A program made the translations under genes and the position numbers. Shown here in pieces: positions 47,905 through 57,578 of a stretch of 64,000 nucleotides of DNA; positions within the stretch are counted from its first letter, which is position 1; every line of letters begins with the position of its first letter. Source of the stretch: an uncultured Candidatus Actinomarina sp. GTDB taxonomy: Bacteria > Actinomycetota > Acidimicrobiia > Actinomarinales > Actinomarinaceae. The stretch covers positions 83,204-147,203 of the forward strand of contig CACKFQ010000001.1 in NCBI GenBank assembly GCA_902599555.1, in the 5' to 3' direction. Under the pieces are notes generated by a model. The model saw only the letters and a list, made by a program, of their open reading frames with translations. It made no database searches and was not told where the DNA came from.

Positions 47905-49143
47905 ATGTCTAAGAGGCGTGTCGTAGTTAGTGGTCTTGGGACAATTAATCCCCTTGGAAATAATGTTGCAGATTCTTGGGAAAAGTTAGTCAATGGTGTT
48001 TCAGGAATAGATTATATTTCCTCGTTTGATACAGAAGACCTTCCAGTTAAGTTTGCTGGAGAGGTAAAAGATTTTGATGCAAATGAATATATGGGTAAAC
48101 AACATGCAAGAAAACTAGACAGATCTGCTCATTTATCTATTTTTGCAACAGAACAAGCTCTAAGGGATGCGAACTTAAATACACAAGAAAGACTGGGATC
48201 CAATGTTGGAATAGTTTTTGGTACAGGAATTGGTGGCATAGGAGCTACTGAGAATGCGGTAAGAACCTACGATGAAAGAGGGGCATCTAGAATTAACCCT
48301 CTTGCAATTACTCAGCTTATGCCTAACTCTAGTACTGGACAAGTTGCAATTAAGTTTGGCATAGAGGGACCTTCTTTAACAATTACTACAGCCTGTGCCG
48401 CGTCAGCCAATGCTGTAGGTGAGGCAAAAAATTTAATTGAAAATGGAATTGTAGACATAGTAGTTGCTGGAGGAACAGAATCTGGAACTACTCCAATGAC
48501 GATTGGAGCTTTTGCTCAAATTAGAGCTTTATCGACAAAAAATGATTCACCGGAATCTGCATGTAGTCCATTTGATAAAGATAGAGACGGTTTTGTTATG
48601 GCTGAAGGTTCAACAGTATTAGTACTTGAAGAAGAAGAGTCAGCAAAAAAACGTGGTGCAAAAATTTACGGTTATATCACTGGATATGGTTCTACTACGG
48701 ATGCACATCATATTACCGCTCCTGCAGAAGGTGGAGAAGGGGCTGTGAGAGCAATGGACAAAGCAATCAAAGATGCCGGAGTCCAATTTAAAGATATTGA
48801 TTATATAAATGCACATGGAACTTCTACTCCAGCAAATGACAAAAATGAAACTCTTGCAATTAAAACATTATTTAGTGAAAGAGCTTATGAAGTTGATATC
48901 TCGTCTACAAAATCAATGACAGGCCATTTATTAGGTGGTGCAGGAGCATTTGAATCCATGGTTTGTCTGCTTTCAATGCAAAATAGTGTCATTCCACCAA
49001 CAATAAATCTAGTTAGTAAAGATGAAGATTGTGATTTAAATTACACGCCAAATAAATCAATTAATAAAGAAGTTAATGTTGCTATGTCAAATTCTTTTGG
49101 ATTTGGTGGTCATAACGGAGTTCTAGTTTTTTCTAAAGAATAA
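47905..49143 (+). CDS. fabF: 3-oxoacyl-ACP synthase II (KAS II)
   Basis: Active-site Cys TACAASANAV, His-His motifs (HGTST, GHLLGGAG) and C-terminal NSFGFGGHN. Confidence 0.85.
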   Translation: MSKRRVVVSGLGTINPLGNNVADSWEKLVNGVSGIDYISSFDTEDLPVKFAGEVKDFDANEYMGKQHARKLDRSAHLSIFATEQALRDANLNTQERLGSNVGIVFGTGIGGIGATENAVRTYDERGASRINPLAITQLMPNSSTGQVAIKFGIEGPSLTITTACAASANAVGEAKNLIENGIVDIVVAGGTESGTTPMTIGAFAQIRALSTKNDSPESACSPFDKDRDGFVMAEGSTVLVLEEEESAKKRGAKIYGYITGYGSTTDAHHITAPAEGGEGAVRAMDKAIKDAGVQFKDIDYINAHGTSTPANDKNETLAIKTLFSERAYEVDISSTKSMTGHLLGGAGAFESMVCLLSMQNSVIPPTINLVSKDEDCDLNYTPNKSINKEVNVAMSNSFGFGGHNGVLVFSKE

Positions 49144-49923
49144 CTAATTAGGTAGCATAGAGCCACCTATAGAGTGTGCTCCTCCATCAGCATGAATAAT
49201 TTCACCTGTAACAGCTTCGGATAAATCAGACAGTAAGAAGTTAACAACCTTTGCAACTGGTTGAGCATTTTTTGTATCCCAACCAAGTGGAGCTCGTTCA
49301 TTCCACTCATTATCCATTTCAGAAAATCCAGGAATATTTTTTGCTGCTGTAGTTGCTAATGGCCCTGCGGCGACAGCATTTACTCTTACCCCACTATCTC
49401 CCATGTAATAACCAAGATAACGAACAATGGATTGTAAGCTTGATTTTGCAACACCTTGCCAGTCATATCCTGGCCAAGCTTGAGAATTATCAAAATCTAG
49501 AGCAACTATTGAAGATGGCTTATTTAAGATTGGCTGAAATGAAGTAGCAAGAGTTTTCAAAGAAAAAGCGGAAATCTCAAAACTTTTAACTGCATCTTCC
49601 ACAGTTGTGTTTAAAAAGTTACCACCCATGGCCTCTGTTGGTGAAAAAGCAATTGCATGTAAAATTCCATCAAGACTGCCTACCTCATCTTCTATATTTT
49701 TTACTGCTTGATTAACTTGATCCAGATTTTCAATATCCATTTCAAAAACTTTTATATCATCTGATAATCTTTTGACTGCTCTTTCGGTAATTCGAAGACC
49801 TTTTCCAAAACCAGTAGCAATAACTGTAGCTCCATTTTCTAAAGCTATTTTGGCAGTCGCAAAAGCGATACTTTTGTCTGTAAGAATGCCAGTAATAAGA
49901 ATTTTTTTATCTTTTAAAATCAT
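49144..49923 (-). CDS. fabI: Enoyl-ACP reductase (NADH), FabI/InhA type
   Basis: N-terminal ILITGILTDKSIAFA, catalytic Y...K region, 259 aa. Convergent with fabF with no spacer. Confidence 0.8.
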   Translation of the reverse strand: MILKDKKILITGILTDKSIAFATAKIALENGATVIATGFGKGLRITERAVKRLSDDIKVFEMDIENLDQVNQAVKNIEDEVGSLDGILHAIAFSPTEAMGGNFLNTTVEDAVKSFEISAFSLKTLATSFQPILNKPSSIVALDFDNSQAWPGYDWQGVAKSSLQSIVRYLGYYMGDSGVRVNAVAAGPLATTAAKNIPGFSEMDNEWNERAPLGWDTKNAQPVAKVVNFLLSDLSEAVTGEIIHADGGAHSIGGSMLPN

Positions 49924-49986
49924 ATTTTTCCTTTAACTATTTGACTATATAAATAGTTAATAAGTATCAGAAAATAAAACTATTTA

Positions 49987-50379
49987 TTACTCTTCGGTTG
50001 TAAAGCTACCAGAACCTTCTTCTTCTTTATTTATAGACTTGCCTGTAACAATAGCAAGACTAATTTCAAGTAAGCCAAAAAGAAAAAATCCGTTAAAGTC
50101 AGTAAATACAGCAAAGGCTATCATTCCAAGCCCACCACTGTATCTTATTAGGTTCAACTGCTTTCCATTTTCGGCATTTCCTCCAAGTAAGAAGAAAGCC
50201 ATAGCGGCAAAATAAATTGGGATTCCTATAGATCTTATAATAAGTGCCTGATTGTCTGCCATGACAGCAGAAAAATCAAACAAAAATATTCTATAGGTAA
50301 CTTCTGGCATAATAAAACCTACCAGCGCTAAGCCAAGGTATCCAATTGGGTCTAATCTATTGATTAATTTGTAATTCAT
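49987..50379 (-). CDS. Hypothetical small membrane protein
   Basis: Three to four predicted TM helices. No motif. Confidence 0.35.
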   Translation of the reverse strand: MNYKLINRLDPIGYLGLALVGFIMPEVTYRIFLFDFSAVMADNQALIIRSIGIPIYFAAMAFFLLGGNAENGKQLNLIRYSGGLGMIAFAVFTDFNGFFLFGLLEISLAIVTGKSINKEEEGSGSFTTEE

Positions 50380-50417
50380 AAAAGCAATTATATCTTAAAA
50401 AAATGAACTTTTTATAT

Positions 50418-53072
50418 TTAATTAGACTGAATTATTTCAGCTTGGGCAGCAGCAAGTTTTGCTGTTGGAATTCTAAAAGGGGAACAAGAAATATAATCAA
50501 TTTCAAGAGTATTAAAAAAATGAATAGATTCAGCTTCTCCCGCGTGTTCGCCGCAAACGCCAATTTTTAAGTCTTTGTTTGATTGCCTTCCGTCATTCAC
50601 AGAAATTTCAACAGCTTTTCCAACTGTCTTTTTATCTATAGATACAAACGGGTCCTGAGAAAATATATCATTTTCTACATATTTAGTAAGAAATTTTGAA
50701 GCATCGTCTCTTGAGAGACCTAAAGTTGTTTGTGTTAAATCATTCGTACCAAAAGAGAAGAAATCTGCATGTTCGGCTATTGACCCAGAATTTAATGCAG
50801 CACTTGGCAGTTCAATCATTGTTCCGATTGTGTAATCAAATGTATAATCTAATTTTTTCTGTACCTTAGATATCTTCTTAATAAGAAGGTTTTTCATTTG
50901 ATGCAATTCTTTAGCATTCATAACTAAAGGAATCATTATTTCCGGAGTAACTAAAACTCCATCTTTTTTTTGTATATTGTAAGCAGCCCTTAAGATTGCT
51001 TCTACTTGCATCTCATAAATTTCAGGGTAACTTAATCCAAGACGCACTCCTCTATGCCCAAGCATTGGATTGCTCTCAGATAATTTAACAAGCATTTCTC
51101 GAATGTAACTTGGAGAAACACCAATTGCATTACCAAGTTCAGTCATTTCAATGTCACTTTTTGGTAAAAACTCATGCATTGGTGGATCAAGAAGCCTCAC
51201 TGTTATAGGCTTTTCTTTTAAAAGTAAAAACAAAGATTCAAAGTCAGCAATTTGAAAATCTATTAGTTTCTTTAAAGCCCTTTTTCTACCTTGTTGTGAT
51301 TCTGACATAATCATTTCACGCATAGGAATGATTCTTTCACCTTCAAAAAACATGTGCTCTGTTCTACAAAGCCCAATTCCTTCAGCACCAAACTCTAATG
51401 ACTTTTCAGTGTCTAGTACTGTTTCTGCATTTGCTCTTACTGCCAATCTCTTGTACTCACTGCACCAATCCATAAGAGTGTTGAATTCATCTGATGGCCT
51501 TGGTGGCTCAGTTTCCAGTTCTCCAATATAAACTTCACCCAAGGATCCATCTATGGAAATAATGTCTCCTTCCGTTAACACTCTCTCTCCATTGCCTATT
51601 GTTTTGTTTTCAACATCTATAGTCAAACCTTCTGCACCTACAACACATGGCTTACCCATTCCCCTAGCAACAACTGCAGCGTGACTTGTCATGCCACCTT
51701 TTGTTGTGAGAATCCCAACAGATGAATGCATTCCATGAATATCTTCTGGACTTGTTTCGTCTCTCACTAAAATTACATCTCTTCCTCTGTTAGCCTCTTT
51801 TTCTGCTTTGTCTGCATCAAATACAATCTCTCCAACAGCTGCTCCAGGAGAAGCATTAAGCGCTTTGGTAAAAAGAGCTTTCTCTTGTGATTGGACAAAT
51901 TGAGGATGTAAAACATTCGTAATATTATTCGCATCGACCATTATTAATGATTCTTCTTTTGTTGTAATACCCTCGTTATGTAAATCAATAGCGATTTTTA
52001 TACTGGCCTGAGCAGTTCTCTTAGCTTTTCTTGTTTGAAGCAAATAAACTTTTTCATTTTCAATCGTAAACTCTAAATCTTGCACCTCCTTGAAGTGCTT
52101 TTCAAGTTTAGATGCAATTTCTTTAATTTCTTTATATGCATTCGGGAATTTTGACTCCAATGACTCTTGCTCAACGGAGTCATCATTCTTAATTGGATGA
52201 GGTGTTCTGATGCCAGCAACAACATCTTCTCCCTGTGCATTAATTAGGTATTCTCCATAAAGCTCTTTGGACCCATTTGAAGGATTTCTAGTAAATGCAA
52301 CTCCAGTTCCAGATTTGTCATTTAAATTACCAAACACCATTGTTTGAATTGTTGCGCCGGTTCCTAAAGAGTCAGGTATATTGTTTATCTTTCTATATGT
52401 AATTGCTCTTTTATTTTGCCAACTACTAAATACAGCTTCTATGGCTCCTAACAATTGTTCATGTGGATCTTGAGGAAATGGAGAATTTGTAAATCTCTCT
52501 ACAGTATTTTTATATGCATTAATTATCCATTCAAGCTGCTCAACATTAAAGTCAGCATCAGACGTAACGTGATCCATTCGTTTTTTATTAGCAATAACTG
52601 CTTCAAACCTATCCATCTCAACACCAAGGACAACATTGGAATACATTTGAATCAACCTTCTATATGAATCAAAGGCAAAGCGTTCATCATTAAAAGCCTT
52701 AGCAAGGTTTTGAACATTATCGTCATTAAGACCTATGTTCAAAATTGAATCCATCATTCCTGGCATAGAAATCATGCCTCCTGACCTCACTGATAATAAA
52801 AGCGGTGATTCACTATTGCCAAAACTTTTTTGAGATAGGCTTTCTAAATTTGAAACATAGTTAATTATTTCCTCTTTCAATCCATCAGGTAATTTTTTGT
52901 TCTTTGAAAAATAATTACAGGCTTCCGTTGTGATAGTAAAACCTGAAGGAACTTGAATTCCAAGTTTGGACATTTCTGCAAGATTTGCACCCTTACCACC
53001 AAGAAGGTTGCTTAATGATGCATCACCATCAGTTTTCTGACTAGAGAATTCGTAAATAAGTTTGTTGTCCAT
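50418..53072 (-). CDS. ppdK: Pyruvate, phosphate dikinase
   Basis: 884 aa with N-terminal GGKGANLAEM, the phosphohistidine domain motif GGMTSHAAVVARG, and a C-terminal PEP-utilising TIM barrel. Confidence 0.9.
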   Translation of the reverse strand: MDNKLIYEFSSQKTDGDASLSNLLGGKGANLAEMSKLGIQVPSGFTITTEACNYFSKNKKLPDGLKEEIINYVSNLESLSQKSFGNSESPLLLSVRSGGMISMPGMMDSILNIGLNDDNVQNLAKAFNDERFAFDSYRRLIQMYSNVVLGVEMDRFEAVIANKKRMDHVTSDADFNVEQLEWIINAYKNTVERFTNSPFPQDPHEQLLGAIEAVFSSWQNKRAITYRKINNIPDSLGTGATIQTMVFGNLNDKSGTGVAFTRNPSNGSKELYGEYLINAQGEDVVAGIRTPHPIKNDDSVEQESLESKFPNAYKEIKEIASKLEKHFKEVQDLEFTIENEKVYLLQTRKAKRTAQASIKIAIDLHNEGITTKEESLIMVDANNITNVLHPQFVQSQEKALFTKALNASPGAAVGEIVFDADKAEKEANRGRDVILVRDETSPEDIHGMHSSVGILTTKGGMTSHAAVVARGMGKPCVVGAEGLTIDVENKTIGNGERVLTEGDIISIDGSLGEVYIGELETEPPRPSDEFNTLMDWCSEYKRLAVRANAETVLDTEKSLEFGAEGIGLCRTEHMFFEGERIIPMREMIMSESQQGRKRALKKLIDFQIADFESLFLLLKEKPITVRLLDPPMHEFLPKSDIEMTELGNAIGVSPSYIREMLVKLSESNPMLGHRGVRLGLSYPEIYEMQVEAILRAAYNIQKKDGVLVTPEIMIPLVMNAKELHQMKNLLIKKISKVQKKLDYTFDYTIGTMIELPSAALNSGSIAEHADFFSFGTNDLTQTTLGLSRDDASKFLTKYVENDIFSQDPFVSIDKKTVGKAVEISVNDGRQSNKDLKIGVCGEHAGEAESIHFFNTLEIDYISCSPFRIPTAKLAAAQAEIIQSN

Positions 53073-53128
53073 AATTGGATTTAAAAAAATTCCCCCTCTA
53101 TTCTTTAATTATATAGGGGGGAAACTAT

Positions 53129-54175
53129 TTGTCTAAAAATGTACTAGTAATTGGCACGGGAACAATCGGCGAACCACTAATAGGCTTACTCGCAGATCAC
53201 AAAGATTCACTTGGATTAGATAATGTAATATTTTTTAAGAGAACACCACTGTCAGGTGAGAGAGGAAAAGTTGAATCCTTAATAAGAAAAGGAGCAAAAA
53301 TTGTTTCTACTGGTGATGCACTCAGCGAATTTCATCAACTAGGGTTTAATGAAACTTCTGATGTTGAGCAAGCTTATGCTGACTCAGATGTCATTATCGA
53401 CTGTACACCAAGTGGAAATGATAATTGGGATAATGTTTATTCATCTCTTGATCAGAGTAAGAGATTCATGGCACAAGGATCTGAACACGGATTTGGTTCG
53501 TTTTTTGCATGGGGGATAAACAACGAAATATTACAAGAAGATTCTAATAAATTTCTTATTGCTTCATGTAATACCCATAACATTGCCTCAATAGTTAAAA
53601 GCTTTGCACTTGATGAAGAAAGAGAACTAGTAGAAGGAAAGTTTGTCTGTTTAAGAAGGGCTAATGATGTGTCTCAAAACGACTCTTTCTCTCCTTCACC
53701 CACAATTACAAAACATAGCAATCAAGAATTTGGCACTCATCATGCCCGTGATGTACATGAATTATTTGCTCAAGAAGGGAAAAAGTTAAACCTCTTTTCC
53801 TCAGCTATCAAACTACCTACGCAATATATGCATACTCTTTGGTTTTCTCTTGCTTTTAAAGATGTTGTGCAACATGAAGACATCATGGAAAACCTCAATA
53901 ATAGTGAGTTTTTGATGGCTACTGAGAAAATGTCTTCAAACAAAGTTTTTTCTTTTGGTAGAGATCATGGGTATCACGGAAGACTTTTATCACACGGTGT
54001 TGTTGCCAAACAGTCTTTACATGTTAAAGAGAATACACTTACTGGATACTGCTTTACCCCTCAGGATGGCAATGCTTTATTGTCATCTGTTGCCGGAACA
54101 GTACAGCATTACTATAAAGATGATTGGGAAGAAAAGATGGAGATTTTCAATCGTTATATCTTTAAAAATATTTAA
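53129..54175 (+). CDS. Type II (archaeal-type) glyceraldehyde-3-phosphate dehydrogenase-like protein (TTG start)
   Basis: N-terminal Rossmann VLVIGTGTIGEPL, active-site-like ASCNTHN (archaeal GAPDH has SCNTT) and THHARDV (archaeal SHHAKDV). Length is 348 aa. Confidence 0.45.
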   Translation: MSKNVLVIGTGTIGEPLIGLLADHKDSLGLDNVIFFKRTPLSGERGKVESLIRKGAKIVSTGDALSEFHQLGFNETSDVEQAYADSDVIIDCTPSGNDNWDNVYSSLDQSKRFMAQGSEHGFGSFFAWGINNEILQEDSNKFLIASCNTHNIASIVKSFALDEERELVEGKFVCLRRANDVSQNDSFSPSPTITKHSNQEFGTHHARDVHELFAQEGKKLNLFSSAIKLPTQYMHTLWFSLAFKDVVQHEDIMENLNNSEFLMATEKMSSNKVFSFGRDHGYHGRLLSHGVVAKQSLHVKENTLTGYCFTPQDGNALLSSVAGTVQHYYKDDWEEKMEIFNRYIFKNI

Positions 54176-54222
54176 TTTTCTAAATGACTTGGAATTATTT
54201 CTAGTTAATTATACTAAATTAA

Positions 54223-56763
54223 ATGGACGGAGTAACAGGGCTTGCGTACAGGTTTAGATTATCTACTGCACAAATTATAGTAATAATGAAAAAACTGGAT
54301 ATTCCAGTAGATTCTCCAAATTATATTCTTACTGCCGAAGATGTTAAAAAAATTAAAAAGTATGTAAGAAAAAATAATGGCTCTTTTTTCAAAGATACAT
54401 TCGTTGCTACTGTTGCGGTAGTGTCCATATATTTTATGTTTACCACAATAGGCAGTTCTATTATGAGTTCATTTAATAATGAAGTGTCAGTACCAACAAC
54501 ATCAGTTTTTATAGAAGAGGAGAGCTCAGCAAAGCGTGCATCGGTACAATACTACTTACTATTCAACGAGTGTAGGCCTGCAGATTACAGTGAAACAGAT
54601 TTCTTAGTTGTTAAAAATATAAAAGTATTTTTATCTAATGAAGGATATTACACCGGAACTATTGATGAAGTGTTTGATACAAAATTAGTAAGTAGTGTAA
54701 AAGATTTTCAGAAAGATATGGGGATAAGAATTGATGGAGTAATTGGGCCGACAACTCACAAAATGATGCAAAATTATGACTCCTGTTCTAAGACATCAAA
54801 AGTAGATCTAATTAGTTGTTACGGAGGAGACTATAAAGCTTATCTAGAGTGCACAAGTCCATATGAATCTTCAGGAGTTAAAACTTCAAACACATCATCT
54901 CAAGATACTGAACCTCCAAAATGGGGTAATGATTCTCTACAGCTTACAAGGGTAAATGGAACATTCCTTGATATCCTTTGGGGTCATGTAACAGACAACA
55001 ACGGTATTGAAAAGCTTCACTTGTATGTTGATGGAGAATTGCACTCCACAGTTGATGGCAATGGTTGTACATCAAGCTGTAGTAGTACTACAAGCGAGAC
55101 AAGGTTTAAAGTTACAAATTTATCGGTAGATACTTCATACGTATTTGAAGTTGTAGCTTGTGATATTTCTGGAAACTGTTCAAAAAACAACCCAACAACT
55201 GCACAGCTACTTGTTGATAAGCCACCAGTTTGGGATGAAGCTAATCCACCAGTTGTTGATAATCTAGGTACAGGATTTGATTTAACTATTCCTACTAGCT
55301 CAGTAACTGATGATCTAGGTGTGGTTTCTTACGAGGTCTATGTAAACGGTGTGCTTTCCACACACACAGAGATTTCTGATTTTAATTTTTCTGTTACCCC
55401 ACCATTCGATACGCATTGTGGCATACAGGAGGTATATGTTGTAGCGTACGACACCGCCGGTCAATCTTCAAAAAGTCCTATTATTGAGTTTACTAGAAAT
55501 GCAGCGGGAAGCGGTGGTTGCCCATCTGTATCAGTATCATCAGTATCATCAGCTATTGTAACTACTACTACAACTACCTTGCCTGGTACACCAACAGTCA
55601 CTATTACCGCTTCTCAAGTTAATGATGGTGATACCTCTGATGATAGCTCAATTACTCTCACCTTTATTACAAGTGCAAGCACAACTAACTTTGCAGCTGG
55701 AGATGTTACCGTCAGTGGTGGAGCACTCAGTAATTTTATAGGATTTGGCACAGAATACGCAGCAACATTTACGCCTACTGCTGTCGGTGCAACAACTATT
55801 GATGTTGCTGCAAATACATTTACTAATACTGCTACAGGTATAAGTAATGTAGCTGCTACACAGTTCAACTGGACGTATAGCACTGCACCTACTATGACTA
55901 TTACTGCTGCTGAAGTAAATGATGGAGATACGTCAAATGACACTTCTCTGTCTGTCACCTTTACTGCAAGTCAGAGTACAACGAACTTTGCAATTGGAGA
56001 TGTTGTTGTCGGTGGTGGAACACTCAGTAATTTTTCAGGATCTGGTACTACCTATACTGCGACGTTTACGCCAAGTGCTGAAGGGGCTACAACAATTGAT
56101 GTAGCTGCAAATTCATTTACTAACGCATTTAGCACTAACAACACAGCTGCTACACAGTTCAACTGGACATATAGCACTACAGCCACTTCAACTACAAGCG
56201 CAAACAGATGGGTAATTGCTGTTATTGATGAAACTGGTGGAGCATTTTCTTGTGCAGGTGGTCCAACTAATAATAATTATCCTGGACCAGAGCACAATGG
56301 TAACTGTGATGTAGATGGTGCATGGGGTGAGTTTAGAACACTATGGCCAAATAGAAAGTTTTTCTTAATAGAACCTGCGAATGGTGACGGCCAACAAAGT
56401 TTAACTGGGCTAGACCAATCAATTAGATCTACATCTAGAATAAAAATGCCTACAGCATTCGTAACAGAGGCTCAAGCTGGGGTGAATGCAGTTTACATCC
56501 AAAGTACGAGAAATACTGGCGGTACAAATTGGTGGAGTAAAATCGGTGGTAGTAGTCTTCCAAGCGGTGCAGAGGTAATTCTCTGGGTTGATAATTCAGG
56601 AAGTTTGATTACTTTTCATGTTCAAACAGAATATAATGCCTTCAAAGCTGCTGCTGCAGCTGCAAATATAACGGTGACAGAGGTTACTAATTTAACATCT
56701 GGTCAGGGTGGAAGTCTCAAAAAAGAAGACTGGATTAATCCATTTGATCCTGATTATCCGTAA
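54223..56763 (+). CDS. Large membrane-anchored cell-surface protein with peptidoglycan-binding domain, Ig/Fn3-like modules and tandem repeats (likely start at Met 54286-54289)
   Basis: One TM helix near the N-terminus. A PG_binding_1-like segment is present (YYTGTIDEVFDTKLVSSVKDFQKDMGIRIDGVIGPTTHKMM). Cys-containing beta modules are followed by an S/T-rich linker and two ~99-aa repeats with a divergent third copy. Confidence 0.6.
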   Translation: MDGVTGLAYRFRLSTAQIIVIMKKLDIPVDSPNYILTAEDVKKIKKYVRKNNGSFFKDTFVATVAVVSIYFMFTTIGSSIMSSFNNEVSVPTTSVFIEEESSAKRASVQYYLLFNECRPADYSETDFLVVKNIKVFLSNEGYYTGTIDEVFDTKLVSSVKDFQKDMGIRIDGVIGPTTHKMMQNYDSCSKTSKVDLISCYGGDYKAYLECTSPYESSGVKTSNTSSQDTEPPKWGNDSLQLTRVNGTFLDILWGHVTDNNGIEKLHLYVDGELHSTVDGNGCTSSCSSTTSETRFKVTNLSVDTSYVFEVVACDISGNCSKNNPTTAQLLVDKPPVWDEANPPVVDNLGTGFDLTIPTSSVTDDLGVVSYEVYVNGVLSTHTEISDFNFSVTPPFDTHCGIQEVYVVAYDTAGQSSKSPIIEFTRNAAGSGGCPSVSVSSVSSAIVTTTTTTLPGTPTVTITASQVNDGDTSDDSSITLTFITSASTTNFAAGDVTVSGGALSNFIGFGTEYAATFTPTAVGATTIDVAANTFTNTATGISNVAATQFNWTYSTAPTMTITAAEVNDGDTSNDTSLSVTFTASQSTTNFAIGDVVVGGGTLSNFSGSGTTYTATFTPSAEGATTIDVAANSFTNAFSTNNTAATQFNWTYSTTATSTTSANRWVIAVIDETGGAFSCAGGPTNNNYPGPEHNGNCDVDGAWGEFRTLWPNRKFFLIEPANGDGQQSLTGLDQSIRSTSRIKMPTAFVTEAQAGVNAVYIQSTRNTGGTNWWSKIGGSSLPSGAEVILWVDNSGSLITFHVQTEYNAFKAAAAAANITVTEVTNLTSGQGGSLKKEDWINPFDPDYP
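55594..56181 (+). repeat. Two tandem ~297-nt coding repeats inside the surface-protein gene
   Basis: The protein repeats TITASQVNDGDTSDDSSITLTF...ATQFNWTYS and TITAAEVNDGDTSNDTSLSVTF...ATQFNWTYS are nearly identical at nucleotide level in places (e.g. acacagttcaactggac appears twice). Confidence 0.8.
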
Positions 56764-56811
56764 ACTTTTTTAACATAACCATATCGAAATATATAACTCT
56801 AGAATTCAATC

Positions 56812-57324
56812 ATGGAAAAAGTGATTGCAATTGCAATACCAGGCCTATTTATAGTTGGAATTATATGGCTAATCATTGCATCAAATAAAAGAATAAATAA
56901 TGCACTTTCTAGTGCTGCGGAGACTTTGGGTTTTACTTATATACCCTCTAAAAACATATTCAGAAAGAAAAGAATATTTGGTGAATTAGATGGATACAAC
57001 TGTGAAGTGGAAGTCTATACAAGAAGTCACGGTAAGTCCTCAACAACATATGTCTCTTTCTTTGCTTATTTTCCAGAGAGCTTTGATATGGGACTGAAGA
57101 TTAATTGGCGAGGTGAGTTTGATGGAGATGATGAGTATCTGACAGACCTATTTATAAAACGAAATGAAGAACTTATAGAAACATCAAAGAAAAATCTAAG
57201 AAGACTAAGAGTAGAGGATGCATTTGTAAATTCAAGAAAAGTTTTATTTAGAAAATATTACAAAGCTGATGAGATTGTAAAAACAATGAGAGACGTACTT
57301 AACTTGGCAAAAGCAATTAAGTAG
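56812..57324 (+). CDS. Hypothetical protein with N-terminal TM helix
   Basis: ORF of 170 aa with no recognisable motif. Confidence 0.35.
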   Translation: MEKVIAIAIPGLFIVGIIWLIIASNKRINNALSSAAETLGFTYIPSKNIFRKKRIFGELDGYNCEVEVYTRSHGKSSTTYVSFFAYFPESFDMGLKINWRGEFDGDDEYLTDLFIKRNEELIETSKKNLRRLRVEDAFVNSRKVLFRKYYKADEIVKTMRDVLNLAKAIK

Positions 57325-57336
57325 CTTTTTTAGCCA

Positions 57337-57471
57337 CTAATCACGAATATCAGCCCAAAGGGAGTCTTTTTCCATTGGAGCGCGTAATAATCCAATTACC
57401 AATAATGCAAAAGTACTTATTGGGAATAAAAGAATTAAAAACAAAGGGTGCGATGTTATTATTTCTATCAT
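57337..57471 (-). CDS. Possible small hydrophobic protein (44 aa) downstream of pntB, not in the supplied ORF track
   Basis: Manual translation of the minus strand gives MIEIITSHPLFLILLFPISTFALLVIGLLRAPMEKDSLWADIRD with an ATG start and one TM helix. Confidence 0.25.
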   Translation of the reverse strand: MIEIITSHPLFLILLFPISTFALLVIGLLRAPMEKDSLWADIRD

Positions 57472-57578
57472 ATTTTTATTTTACTAAATTGAAATAGATC
57501 CTGCTACGCACAACTATTTTTGTCTTATCTAAATCTTATTTTTTGTTTTAATTCTTATTTAAATTCAGAAAGAGATAT

